Source of the DNA: Patescibacteria group bacterium
Lineage (GTDB): Bacteria > Patescibacteriota > Minisyncoccia > UBA6257 > GWB1-50-10
Assembly: GCA_024239035.1 (NCBI GenBank)
Contig: JANBVK010000001.1
Coordinates: 572,202-621,264 of the forward strand
DNA length: 49,063 nt
Reading direction: 5' to 3'
The notes under the pieces are model-generated. The model saw only the letters and a program-made list of their open reading frames with translations. It was not told where the DNA came from and searched no databases. The translations under genes were made by a program, and so were the position numbers. Positions 1 to 7,781 of this stretch are shown here, piece by piece. The number at the start of each line of letters is the position of its first letter. The stretch's first letter is position 1.

Positions 1-762
1 GATGTTATCCTTTTAGATAAAGAGAATGGTGTTTTTGCGGTCTTCGACGGGATGGGCGGTCACGCGGCAGGAGAGATGGCGGCACAAGACGCCAAAGAAT
101 TTATTGCCGGCCGGCTCAAGGAAATTCCGGATGGTGCCTCTCCCCAAGAAATCGCGGAAGCGATGGAAAGCATTCTTATTGAAGCTAATAAGGAGATTTT
201 TGAAAAAGCAAAAACTGATCCGGACCAATATAGTGGGATGGGTACAACTGCCTCAGTTGTAAAAGTTTGGGAGAGTGGCGATGAGAGAGAAGCGGTTATT
301 GGAAACGTCGGCGACAGCCGGGTGTATAAACTTTCAGCCGACGGTCATTTGGAACAAATTACGCTTGATGATGGGTATTGGCGGAATGAATTTGAAGATG
401 AAAGATTGCGTGAAATTCAGGGTAAGCTCAGTAATTTCACTGATCTTAGTGAGCTAAGCGGTGAAGAGCAAATGGTTTGGAATTTTGAGCACATAATCTC
501 TCAAGCTCTTGGTCCGAAAGAAGAAATCGTGCCGAGAATGCATACTACAAAGGTAAGAAAAGGAGAAAAATTACTTATTGTATCCGACGGCCTTGATAAT
601 CTTACCGATAAGAGAAAAGAAGAAATTTTAAGTCAGGCCGGAGGTCCGGAAGAAGCGGCTCAGTCCATGGTTAATGAGGCGAGAATTGCAAGTCGCGAGG
701 ATAGGAAAAAGAATCCCCACGCAAAACCAGATGACATGAGCGCGATAGTGGTGGAGTTTTAA
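1..762 (+). CDS. PP2C/PPM-family Ser/Thr protein phosphatase, 5' end cut by window edge
   Basis: Frame 1 is open from nt 1 (DVILLDKENGVFAVFDGMGGHAAGE), so the listed ATG at 52 is internal. FDGMGGH, GDSRVY, IVSDGL and C-terminal DDMSAIVV are PPM metal-binding motifs. Confidence 0.85.
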   Translation, partial: DVILLDKENGVFAVFDGMGGHAAGEMAAQDAKEFIAGRLKEIPDGASPQEIAEAMESILIEANKEIFEKAKTDPDQYSGMGTTASVVKVWESGDEREAVIGNVGDSRVYKLSADGHLEQITLDDGYWRNEFEDERLREIQGKLSNFTDLSELSGEEQMVWNFEHIISQALGPKEEIVPRMHTTKVRKGEKLLIVSDGLDNLTDKRKEEILSQAGGPEEAAQSMVNEARIASREDRKKNPHAKPDDMSAIVVEF

Positions 763-863
763 TATCGGTTTTCCCAACCGAGGTTTATATTGACAAATGC
801 TTTGTCTTATGTTACCTTTGTAGTGGTATTATTGCTAATCTGTAACAAGAAAGGAGCACCGTC

Positions 864-1145
864 ATGGTTGACATGGTTGATAAAAATGAGAAACAGCTGG
901 GCGAGCTCTGGGGCGAGTTCTTGGCGCAGAAACCCACCAAAGATGATTTAATTCATGCTGTCAGGATTGTTCCGCATCTTCGGATGCGGGCATGGCAGTT
1001 GCTCATGAGCGGAGACGCTCCTGGGGGTCTTCCAACGGATAGAGAACTCGTCTCCCTCATGCAGGAGGTTGGTGAGCTCTATCACACCATTCGGCAGGAG
1101 CTCATCGAGCGGAACCCCGGGATAGAGGAGCTCACCGTCCCCTAA
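864..1145 (+). CDS. hypothetical protein (GC-rich islet 1)
   Basis: 93-aa ORF with GGAG 7 nt upstream of the ATG and a hairpin terminator right after it. Hand count is 34/60 G+C at 1021-1080 against AT-rich flanks. No family recognised. Confidence 0.5.
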   Translation: MVDMVDKNEKQLGELWGEFLAQKPTKDDLIHAVRIVPHLRMRAWQLLMSGDAPGGLPTDRELVSLMQEVGELYHTIRQELIERNPGIEELTVP

Positions 1146-1168
1146 CGGCTTATGTCTCCCAGTAAAGA

Positions 1169-1198
1169 CCCCACGCAGAGCAACGCGTGGGGTTTTTC
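1169..1198 (+). terminator. intrinsic terminator of the 864-1145 ORF
   Basis: CCCCACGC (1169-1176) pairs with GCGTGGGG (1185-1192), followed by TTTTT. Confidence 0.75.
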
Positions 1199-1288
1199 AT
1201 TTTACCTGCCGGCAGTGGGTTGATATGCGGATTTGCTGGTGTCTTCAGTTTGTCCACATATGTGGATGAAGTGAGGACGGTATATCTG

Positions 1289-1320
1289 AACGGCTCAACG
1301 GTGGGTGTCGTTGAGCCGTT
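1289..1320. repeat. AACGGCTCAACG/CGTTGAGCCGTT palindromic hairpin repeat, copy 1
   Basis: 12-nt arms at 1289-1300 and 1309-1320 are perfect complements with loop GTGGGTGT. The same arms recur at 9666, 14186 and 35974. Confidence 0.9.
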
Positions 1321-1476
1321 TGGGTTTTTAGGCGAAAAAACGAGGTAGAATAAGGGTGTATAATTAATTTAGTGTGGAGGATTGGCCCGTTCGACAAACT
1401 CAGGGTAAAAAGAAGTAAAATTATTGTGCCTTGCCCGCCCGGAGCTTTACGCGAAAGAAGGGAGAATTGGATTCCC

Positions 1477-1505
1477 TTGACTTCTTACAAGATTTATGTT
1501 ATTTT
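1477..1505 (+). promoter_or_regulatory. putative sigma70-type promoter of the HNH endonuclease gene
   Basis: TTGACT (1477-1482), 17-nt spacer, TATTTT (1500-1505), about 50 nt upstream of the ATG at 1557. Confidence 0.4.
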
Positions 1506-1556
1506 GTACACAATGAAAAGAGGTGATGGCGGAAATAAAGAATTTAGTGAAAATTT

Positions 1557-2771
1557 ATGAATAAGCAAGAAAGTTTGGAACGAATAATAAAACATTTCAA
1601 GAATAAGGATTTTGATATCAGAAAAAAGCATCCTGGTCATTCTCGTTTTATGGATCAAAAGGTGACGCCTGATGTGTTGCAATTTATTGCAGAGTGCATA
1701 ATCCAGTATACAGGGAGCGTTCCAGGGCCCTTTACCTCACCAGAAATAGAACACTCTGATTACTTTGTTAAAAATGTAACACGAACATTCAATAAGCCGA
1801 CTCCAAAAGATAAACGTACAAAACATGAATACGATAAATGGCCTGCACAAATAATCCAGACACTTAGATTTGCGAAAGTTCTTGAGGAACACGGCAAAAA
1901 AGGTCGCGCAGTTGCATATGTGGTAACCGAATCTGAAATTCTAGAATATATCTCTTTACGATCTCAAAATGCCTATACTTTTCTATTTTATTATTTAACT
2001 AAATTACTGAAAGATAGTGGATTCTACAAGCACTTCGAGCGTTATCGTGACCTCTACGTTGCAGGAAAATTAGATAAAGCCGACTTTTATGATTTTAAAA
2101 AACGTTTCAAAAGATTTATTTTTGCGTATACCGAAATTAAAAAAGATTACGAACCACGTAGAATTTTTCCCAAAGTGATAAACGTTTTAGCATCAGAGCA
2201 CCGTATTCCTGGCACTATTCATGGGCACATGAGTAAGTTTCCCTTTATGATGAGTGATTTAATTTATAACCGAATTAATTTTAGAGATAAAGACAAATCA
2301 AAACACATATCTCGTCAAGAACAAAAGGAGCAAGAAAAAGATACAAAACAACGTAATAAATCTGTATATCGTATATCCAAAGCAAAAAAACGTATTAAGG
2401 AATTACATACTCAAAGTGAGATAAAAGATCAATGGTCAACCGGTAAGGCAACGCAGATACATCATATATTTCCGGAAAAGGAATTTCTACAGCTTGCGGA
2501 TCGTCTAGAAAATCTTATACGCTTAACTGCTACTCAACACAACGAGAAAGCACATCCGAACAACGATACTTCAGTTATTGATCGGGAGTATCAATATATT
2601 TGCTTGATTGAAAAATCCTATAGCGTTGAGGAATCTATCAAAAAAGGAGAATTTGATTATTCACGAGAATCATTTATTGGTGTTATAAACGCTGGGCTTA
2701 AGCAAAACATACCTTATGATTCTTCTTTTGAAGAAATCCGTACAGCGCTTAAAAAGATTTATAGCGCTTAG
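1557..2771 (+). CDS. HNH-motif endonuclease, putative restriction enzyme
   Basis: 404-aa ORF. The C-terminal third carries an HNH core (ATQIHHIFPEKEF ... NLIRLTATQHNEKAH). It is tail-to-tail with a DNA methyltransferase and the stop codons overlap. The N-terminal ~300 aa are unrecognised and could be the DNA-recognition part. Confidence 0.6.
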   Translation: MNKQESLERIIKHFKNKDFDIRKKHPGHSRFMDQKVTPDVLQFIAECIIQYTGSVPGPFTSPEIEHSDYFVKNVTRTFNKPTPKDKRTKHEYDKWPAQIIQTLRFAKVLEEHGKKGRAVAYVVTESEILEYISLRSQNAYTFLFYYLTKLLKDSGFYKHFERYRDLYVAGKLDKADFYDFKKRFKRFIFAYTEIKKDYEPRRIFPKVINVLASEHRIPGTIHGHMSKFPFMMSDLIYNRINFRDKDKSKHISRQEQKEQEKDTKQRNKSVYRISKAKKRIKELHTQSEIKDQWSTGKATQIHHIFPEKEFLQLADRLENLIRLTATQHNEKAHPNNDTSVIDREYQYICLIEKSYSVEESIKKGEFDYSRESFIGVINAGLKQNIPYDSSFEEIRTALKKIYSA

Positions 2772-5290
2772 CACCTAACTCCAAAAAAGAATACAGAGTT
2801 ATTATCTATGTTGAGAGAGCGCGTCCCGTAATTTCTTGCAACTCTATAGAACTCTACAAACTCTTCAGAATTGTAGTAAGCGAGATCTTTTTCAGTAATC
2901 TTAACTTTTTCTTTTGGTATCAAAATCGCTACGGAACCATCAACTATCGTGTTTTCCGGTAAAAAACAAGCTCGGGGGTTATAAGTAAGATTAGGAATGA
3001 GTACTGCATCGTTGTGATTAATGTATTTTGCAATAACCAGATCGTCATACCTATCCACATATGAGTCGTACTCTGGAATATTCACAATCTGATTACTTCC
3101 TATATTTCTTGATTTAAGCACACGAACACGCCCACTCAACCGTGTTATTTTTTTAGTTATTTGTCTATCTCTGTATGCAGTGAAAATTCCGAAACGAAGT
3201 TTCGAGGCGACGTTATCGAAAAAGTTGTCTCTATAAACCAGCCAATAAGGAAACTCTTGAGAACAAATATAATTTTGTTCTCTAAAACTAATCTCATTTT
3301 TTATATAAGATTCAACTAAAGTTCTGTTATCAACTCCGATTTCCTTTGTATTGATAATAAGACTTATTGTCTCAATTTTTACACCCCTAAATCCTTTCTC
3401 CCCATAATCAATAATTTTCTCAATAGCGAATTGTGATACGAATTTGCGGGTGTCGTTGAATTCTGGGGTCGAGAGGAAACTCTTCGGAATAATTAACGCA
3501 ACTATATCTGCATGATAGATGGCTTTTTCTAAGAAGAACGAAAACAAGTTGTTTGTTTTTTTGTTGTTTTTTCCTTTTTTGTATTCAGACAAGAGAGTAT
3601 TGTTGTCTGTAAGTTTTCCGAAAGGAGGATTGCCAACCACTATATCATAATGGATATCTTCATTGGCAAATAACCCATTTTGTCCGAACAATAAGAAGTC
3701 CTCATTTAGAAAATTTATTTTTATATTTTGAGGAATCTCTAGTTTACGAATTAGAATTTTTAGAATATCAATTGCATTTTTATCTATATCAACGACATCT
3801 ATCTCTACGTTTGGAACAGATTTATATTTTTCAATGAGAAGTGGAAGAAAATTGCCTGCTCCGACGGACGGTTCCAGAATTCTCACTGATGAATAGTTAG
3901 ATGCATCTGGTAAGTCCTTAATTATAGTGAAGCAAATATCCTGTCGTGTGTAATAAGCGGCGTGTTTGAATCTGTGAGCATTTGCTAGCTCAATAATCTT
4001 TGTTAATTCAGAAAAAGAATAATTTTCAAGATTCTTCTTCAAGAAAACTTTTAGATTTACCAGATTGCTTAGTTGTTTGCTTGCAATGAGTTTTTCGACA
4101 TCTTTCTCACCAAGTGTTTTGCTTTGGATTGCCGTTTTTATATTCTTGGCGATTTGATTAAAGATAGAAGTAGGAACAGCTTCACCGAGCGATTGGCGAA
4201 TATTCATTTCCTCTTTTTTCAAAAATTTCCGTTTTTGTTCTACTGTTAAATTATTCAACTCTTTTTCTGGAATGTCGGTCCATTTAAATGAATTAGGAAC
4301 AGACATCAATTTCATTAATTCCCTAATACTGAAAACCCGGTTATCTACTGGGTGCACTGTTGCTTGACTTGCCAGAATATCATTTCTGGTATGCACACAA
4401 GTACCGGGCTTATCCCAAAAGCAACGAGTATATTTATCTCCGTTTTTCTTTATGTTAGGGACAATCTTCCCATTTATAATCTTATGTGGACGTCTTTCAG
4501 GCTCTTTGTTATCGAAAGCAGACTCTCCTTCCTTTATTTTCTCAATCCAAGGGAGCATGCGTTTGGCATATGGACGAAAATTATGATAGATATCTCCCTT
4601 TTGGACTTCGCCCATCATCTTAAGTGACGGGAGATCACCAATTACCTTATGAATAGTTCTTTCTGGTTGTAGCGCCGGAATAAAGTCGAGAGGAGTTACT
4701 TCCTGTAAATCTTTACGTACACCCAAAACCAAAGTTCTAGTTCTGCTAGACGGATTGCCGTAATCCTTGAAGTTTATTATTTGGTAATGAATGTTGTATT
4801 TTCCTCCGAGATTTAATTCAATTGTCTCTCTGATTTTTTTATCTTTTCCATCAATGTCAGTGCAAAGACTATTTAAAAATGCTCTCACGTTTTCAAAAAT
4901 AAAGAATTTTGGCCTTATTTCATCCACAAGTTTAATAGACTCAACAACAAGGGAATTGCGAGCTAATTCGTTCCCCTTTTTATGATTTGCAACAGACATT
5001 CCCTGACAAGGAGGTGTTGCAATTAGGATGTCGAGTTCTTTAATTCCATGCTTTATCTTCCAAAATTCAAGTTCTTTTCTGATTTTGTCTTTAGTTTCTT
5101 TCTTAATAATATCGTCGGTTATATAACCGTTCTCGTAAAAGCATTTATTGTTGTGTTTTTGTATTTTCAATCGCCGTTCAATGAATTCAACGCTCGCAAC
5201 ACATTCAAAATTCTCAAGTTTAAATCCGTAGCAACCTACTCCCGCACCACTAAAAAGACTTATATAAGTTAAGGGTGTTTTTGGAATCAT
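2768..5290 (-). CDS. fused DNA (cytosine-5) methyltransferase / N6-adenine DNA methyltransferase
   Basis: Residues ~1-390 carry C5 motifs I LFSGAGVG, IV PPCQGMS, VI ENV, VIII SSRTR and X GEAVP. Residues ~440-840 carry the SAM motif EPSVGAGNF and catalytic GNPPFG of gamma-class (Eco57I/TaqI-like) adenine MTases, plus a TRD-like tail. Confidence 0.85.
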   Translation of the reverse strand: MIPKTPLTYISLFSGAGVGCYGFKLENFECVASVEFIERRLKIQKHNNKCFYENGYITDDIIKKETKDKIRKELEFWKIKHGIKELDILIATPPCQGMSVANHKKGNELARNSLVVESIKLVDEIRPKFFIFENVRAFLNSLCTDIDGKDKKIRETIELNLGGKYNIHYQIINFKDYGNPSSRTRTLVLGVRKDLQEVTPLDFIPALQPERTIHKVIGDLPSLKMMGEVQKGDIYHNFRPYAKRMLPWIEKIKEGESAFDNKEPERRPHKIINGKIVPNIKKNGDKYTRCFWDKPGTCVHTRNDILASQATVHPVDNRVFSIRELMKLMSVPNSFKWTDIPEKELNNLTVEQKRKFLKKEEMNIRQSLGEAVPTSIFNQIAKNIKTAIQSKTLGEKDVEKLIASKQLSNLVNLKVFLKKNLENYSFSELTKIIELANAHRFKHAAYYTRQDICFTIIKDLPDASNYSSVRILEPSVGAGNFLPLLIEKYKSVPNVEIDVVDIDKNAIDILKILIRKLEIPQNIKINFLNEDFLLFGQNGLFANEDIHYDIVVGNPPFGKLTDNNTLLSEYKKGKNNKKTNNLFSFFLEKAIYHADIVALIIPKSFLSTPEFNDTRKFVSQFAIEKIIDYGEKGFRGVKIETISLIINTKEIGVDNRTLVESYIKNEISFREQNYICSQEFPYWLVYRDNFFDNVASKLRFGIFTAYRDRQITKKITRLSGRVRVLKSRNIGSNQIVNIPEYDSYVDRYDDLVIAKYINHNDAVLIPNLTYNPRACFLPENTIVDGSVAILIPKEKVKITEKDLAYYNSEEFVEFYRVARNYGTRSLNIDNNSVFFFGVRC

Positions 5291-5291
5291 A

Positions 5292-5891
5292 TTATTTTAT
5301 TTTTCTTAGAATATTAGTAACCCTCCCTTTTATCTCAATATTCTTTTCATAAAAAGGCTTCATTGTCGGATTCGCCGGTTGCAGTTTCCATTTATTTTTA
5401 AGGCGGTAGATTTTTTTCAATGTTGCCTCGTTTTTGTCAGGTAAGTACGCCACGGCAGTTTCGCCGTCGTTGATTTGATTTTGTTCCCGGACTATTACGG
5501 TGTCGCCGTCAAAAATACCCTCGCCGATCATACTGTCGCCTTGTACTTTTAAAGCATAATGTCGGCCGCTACGGGAAAGCATTCTTTTCGAAACCTGAAT
5601 CGGTTCCGGATTTTCAATCGGTTCAATCGGCTCACCAGCAGTGATGACACCAAGTAAGGGAATCTCAACTAAGCCGTTTGATCGGTCATTGTAAATTGTG
5701 GCGGATCTTGGTTGGTGTTCTTGTCGGTCGAGATAACCTTTCTTTTTTAAATTTTCTAAATGTTCATGTACGGTTGCCACAGAAGAAACACCAAGATGTT
5801 CTGCAATTTCTTCCATAGAGGGGGAGTAGCTGTTCTTTTTGGAGTACTTTTTTATAAAATCAAGAATTTGTTTCTGGCGTTTTGTGAGCAT
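5292..5891 (-). CDS. lexA: LexA repressor (S24 autopeptidase)
   Basis: N-terminal wHTH (SMEEIAEHLGVSSVATVHEHLENLKKKGYL), Ala-Gly cleavage site (ITAGEP), Ser in GDSM and Lys in ATLKK. Length of 199 aa is typical. Confidence 0.85.
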   Translation of the reverse strand: MLTKRQKQILDFIKKYSKKNSYSPSMEEIAEHLGVSSVATVHEHLENLKKKGYLDRQEHQPRSATIYNDRSNGLVEIPLLGVITAGEPIEPIENPEPIQVSKRMLSRSGRHYALKVQGDSMIGEGIFDGDTVIVREQNQINDGETAVAYLPDKNEATLKKIYRLKNKWKLQPANPTMKPFYEKNIEIKGRVTNILRKIK

Positions 5892-5918
5892 AATTTAATA
5901 TTCCTCATTAACATTATA

Positions 5919-5989
5919 CCCGAAGGTAAACCGAAAGTTATCCACAGGTAATAAACAGTTAAATCGCATAGTTTCGGTTTATTTTCGGG
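5919..5989. promoter_or_regulatory. 19-nt inverted repeat (operator candidate) spanning the divergent lexA / GIY-YIG promoters
   Basis: CCCGAAGGTAAACCGAAAG (5919-5937) versus the reverse complement of 5971-5989 (CCCGAAAATAAACCGAAAC) gives 16/19 matches with a perfect 10-nt core TAAACCGAAA. The left arm abuts a minus-strand TATAAT (5913-5918). The right arm lies 12-30 nt upstream of a plus-strand TGcTATAAT (5998-6006). Confidence 0.45.
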
Positions 5990-6062
5990 CCCATCTGTGC
6001 TATAATGGTAGAAGAAAGGTCGTAGGCTGCGCCACCGGCGGCCCAAATTATTAATCAAGCAG

Positions 6063-6344
6063 GTGGGTGAATATAGCAAGATGAGCGAATGGTACAATTT
6101 CCCAGGTGACGTTAGTAATGCGCCTACTGACGAGGGCGTCTACATGTTAGCGGCTGGCAGGATTATAGTATACGTTGGGAGAGCCGATAATCTTCGCGAG
6201 AGATTATCGCAGCATCCGGACTCAAACAATCCTTGTTTACAGAGGAAAAATATCAGTTACTTCGCGTATGAAGTAACTGGTGATTCTCAAAGGCGAGAAC
6301 AGGAATTGATTGACCGGCATAACCCAGAGTGCAACCGCACTTAA
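6063..6344 (+). CDS. stand-alone mini GIY-YIG nuclease-domain protein
   Basis: GVYML...IVYVGRADNLRERLSQH...REQELIDRHNPECN covers the GIY, YIG, Arg, Glu and Asn positions of the GIY-YIG fold. Start is GTG 6063 or ATG 6081. Confidence 0.65.
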   Translation: MGEYSKMSEWYNFPGDVSNAPTDEGVYMLAAGRIIVYVGRADNLRERLSQHPDSNNPCLQRKNISYFAYEVTGDSQRREQELIDRHNPECNRT

Positions 6345-6352
6345 AAAGAGAA

Positions 6353-6384
6353 GCGAGGGTTTGCCGGTTTCCCGGCACCCTCGC
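6353..6384 (+). terminator. GC-rich hairpin after the first GIY-YIG gene (no clear U-tract)
   Basis: GCGAGGGT (6353-6360) pairs with ACCCTCGC (6377-6384), with an inner GCCGG/CCGGC stem. Confidence 0.35.
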
Positions 6385-6442
6385 TCCCCACGCTTTAATT
6401 ATAACAAAAGGTCGGAGATTTATTTAGAGAATAATAAAAAGT

Positions 6443-6748
6443 ATGCGCAAAAAATTCGGTCCACTCAAAAGTATAAATAAGGCCAATCTTAAAAAAGTAC
6501 CGAAAGATCAGCCGGGCGTTTATGGGATTTTTGCAAGTAGTGGTAGTGTGCAAAAAATTGGCAGAGCTAAGAAAGGTAGATTACCAATTAGAATTAAAGA
6601 AAGTTCTCAAGAAGTTAAAAACTCAAAGAAACAAGCTAAAAAGTTTGCTTTTATTCCCACTCTGACAGTGGAAGATGCTAAAAAGCTGGAAACAAGATTA
6701 ATCCGGAGTAGGAAGCCACCATTCAATAAGGAAAAGAAAGGTAAATAA
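6443..6748 (+). CDS. second small GIY-YIG-like protein with Lys-rich tail
   Basis: PGVYGIF...VQKIGRAKKGRL...KLETRLIRSRKPPFN has the same motif order as the upstream gene but is more diverged. Confidence 0.5.
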   Translation: MRKKFGPLKSINKANLKKVPKDQPGVYGIFASSGSVQKIGRAKKGRLPIRIKESSQEVKNSKKQAKKFAFIPTLTVEDAKKLETRLIRSRKPPFNKEKKGK

Positions 6749-6790
6749 GATACCTAAAAATCTAAAGAAAAAGCTGATAGAATACTATTT

Positions 6791-7741
6791 ATGAATAAAG
6801 AATTAGGAAAGATCAAAAGAGCGGATTTACGAGAAATTTTTAAGGATGAGGCGCGCGATTTTACTCCATGGCTCCAAAAGAATGTTGGTCAGCTTTCTGA
6901 TGTTTTAGGTATAGAAATTGGCGAGATTCGGAGAGAGGAAGGTGTGGGAAATTTTAACTGTGACTTAATAGCCATCGAGACGAATAGCGAAGATAAGATC
7001 GTTATTGAGAATCAACTAGAGTCAACTAATCATGACCATCTCGGTAAATTAATTACTTATGCCTCAGGCGTAGAAGCGAAATACGTCGTCTGGGTTTCTA
7101 AAAGGATAAGAGAAGAACATCAAAAAGCTCTTGAATGGCTTAACGAGAATTCAGGGACCACCACAGTCTATTTCGGCATTGAAGTGTCAGTTATAACTAT
7201 CGATGATTCGAAACCAGCTGTCAGTCTTAAAGTTGTAGTAGAACCAAATACCTGGAGTAAGGAGTTAAAACAGAAAACTGAAAAAATAGATGAACGGCAC
7301 CAAAAATATCTACAATTTTTCACTCGTTTAGTATCAGAATATGAAAAAGTTAAGCCAGAATGGGGTCATTTAACATCTCAACCAAGCTCTTGGCTTCAAT
7401 TCGGCGCTGGTAAGGCAGGATTTAGTTTTGTGTGGGCATTTAGAGGGAGTAATAGATTTGATATTGAGTTATATATTGATACTAAAGATAAAGAAGAAAC
7501 AAAAAATTATTTTGCAGAATTATCAAAATTCAAAAAAGAAATAGATTCCCAGATACCAGATTTAAGTTGGGAAGAACTTCCGGAACGTCGAGGTTCCAGA
7601 ATTGCTCTCTATTTTCAAATGCCAACATCTGCTAGAAATATGAATGATGATCAGATGAATCAATTAATAATTTGGGCCATAGAAAAAATGGATCTATTCA
7701 AGAAAATCTTTCCGAAATATATTCAAAAATTTGGGAATTAA
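6791..7741 (+). CDS. PD-(D/E)xK nuclease-like protein with DUF4268-type C-terminal domain
   Basis: N-terminal NFNCDLIAIE...IVIENQLESTNHDHLGKLITYAS is the D...E-x-Q/K restriction-endonuclease-like core typical of this family. Recognised from memory, not searched. Confidence 0.55.
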   Translation: MNKELGKIKRADLREIFKDEARDFTPWLQKNVGQLSDVLGIEIGEIRREEGVGNFNCDLIAIETNSEDKIVIENQLESTNHDHLGKLITYASGVEAKYVVWVSKRIREEHQKALEWLNENSGTTTVYFGIEVSVITIDDSKPAVSLKVVVEPNTWSKELKQKTEKIDERHQKYLQFFTRLVSEYEKVKPEWGHLTSQPSSWLQFGAGKAGFSFVWAFRGSNRFDIELYIDTKDKEETKNYFAELSKFKKEIDSQIPDLSWEELPERRGSRIALYFQMPTSARNMNDDQMNQLIIWAIEKMDLFKKIFPKYIQKFGN

Positions 7742-7781
7742 CTAATCCGTCGTGATTCAAAAGAGGGGCTAAAGATTAATT

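Noticed and set aside
1372-1560. 62-aa ORF upstream of the HNH gene as a possible C (controller) protein
   Set aside because: It has no HTH-like segment, and the best promoter for the HNH gene lies inside it. Only its last 15 codons are kept as a possible coupling uORF.
4352-5272. Three plus-strand ORFs (91, 64 and 74 aa) antisense to the methyltransferase
   Set aside because: They are Phe/Leu/Ile-rich antisense artefacts of an AT-rich gene.
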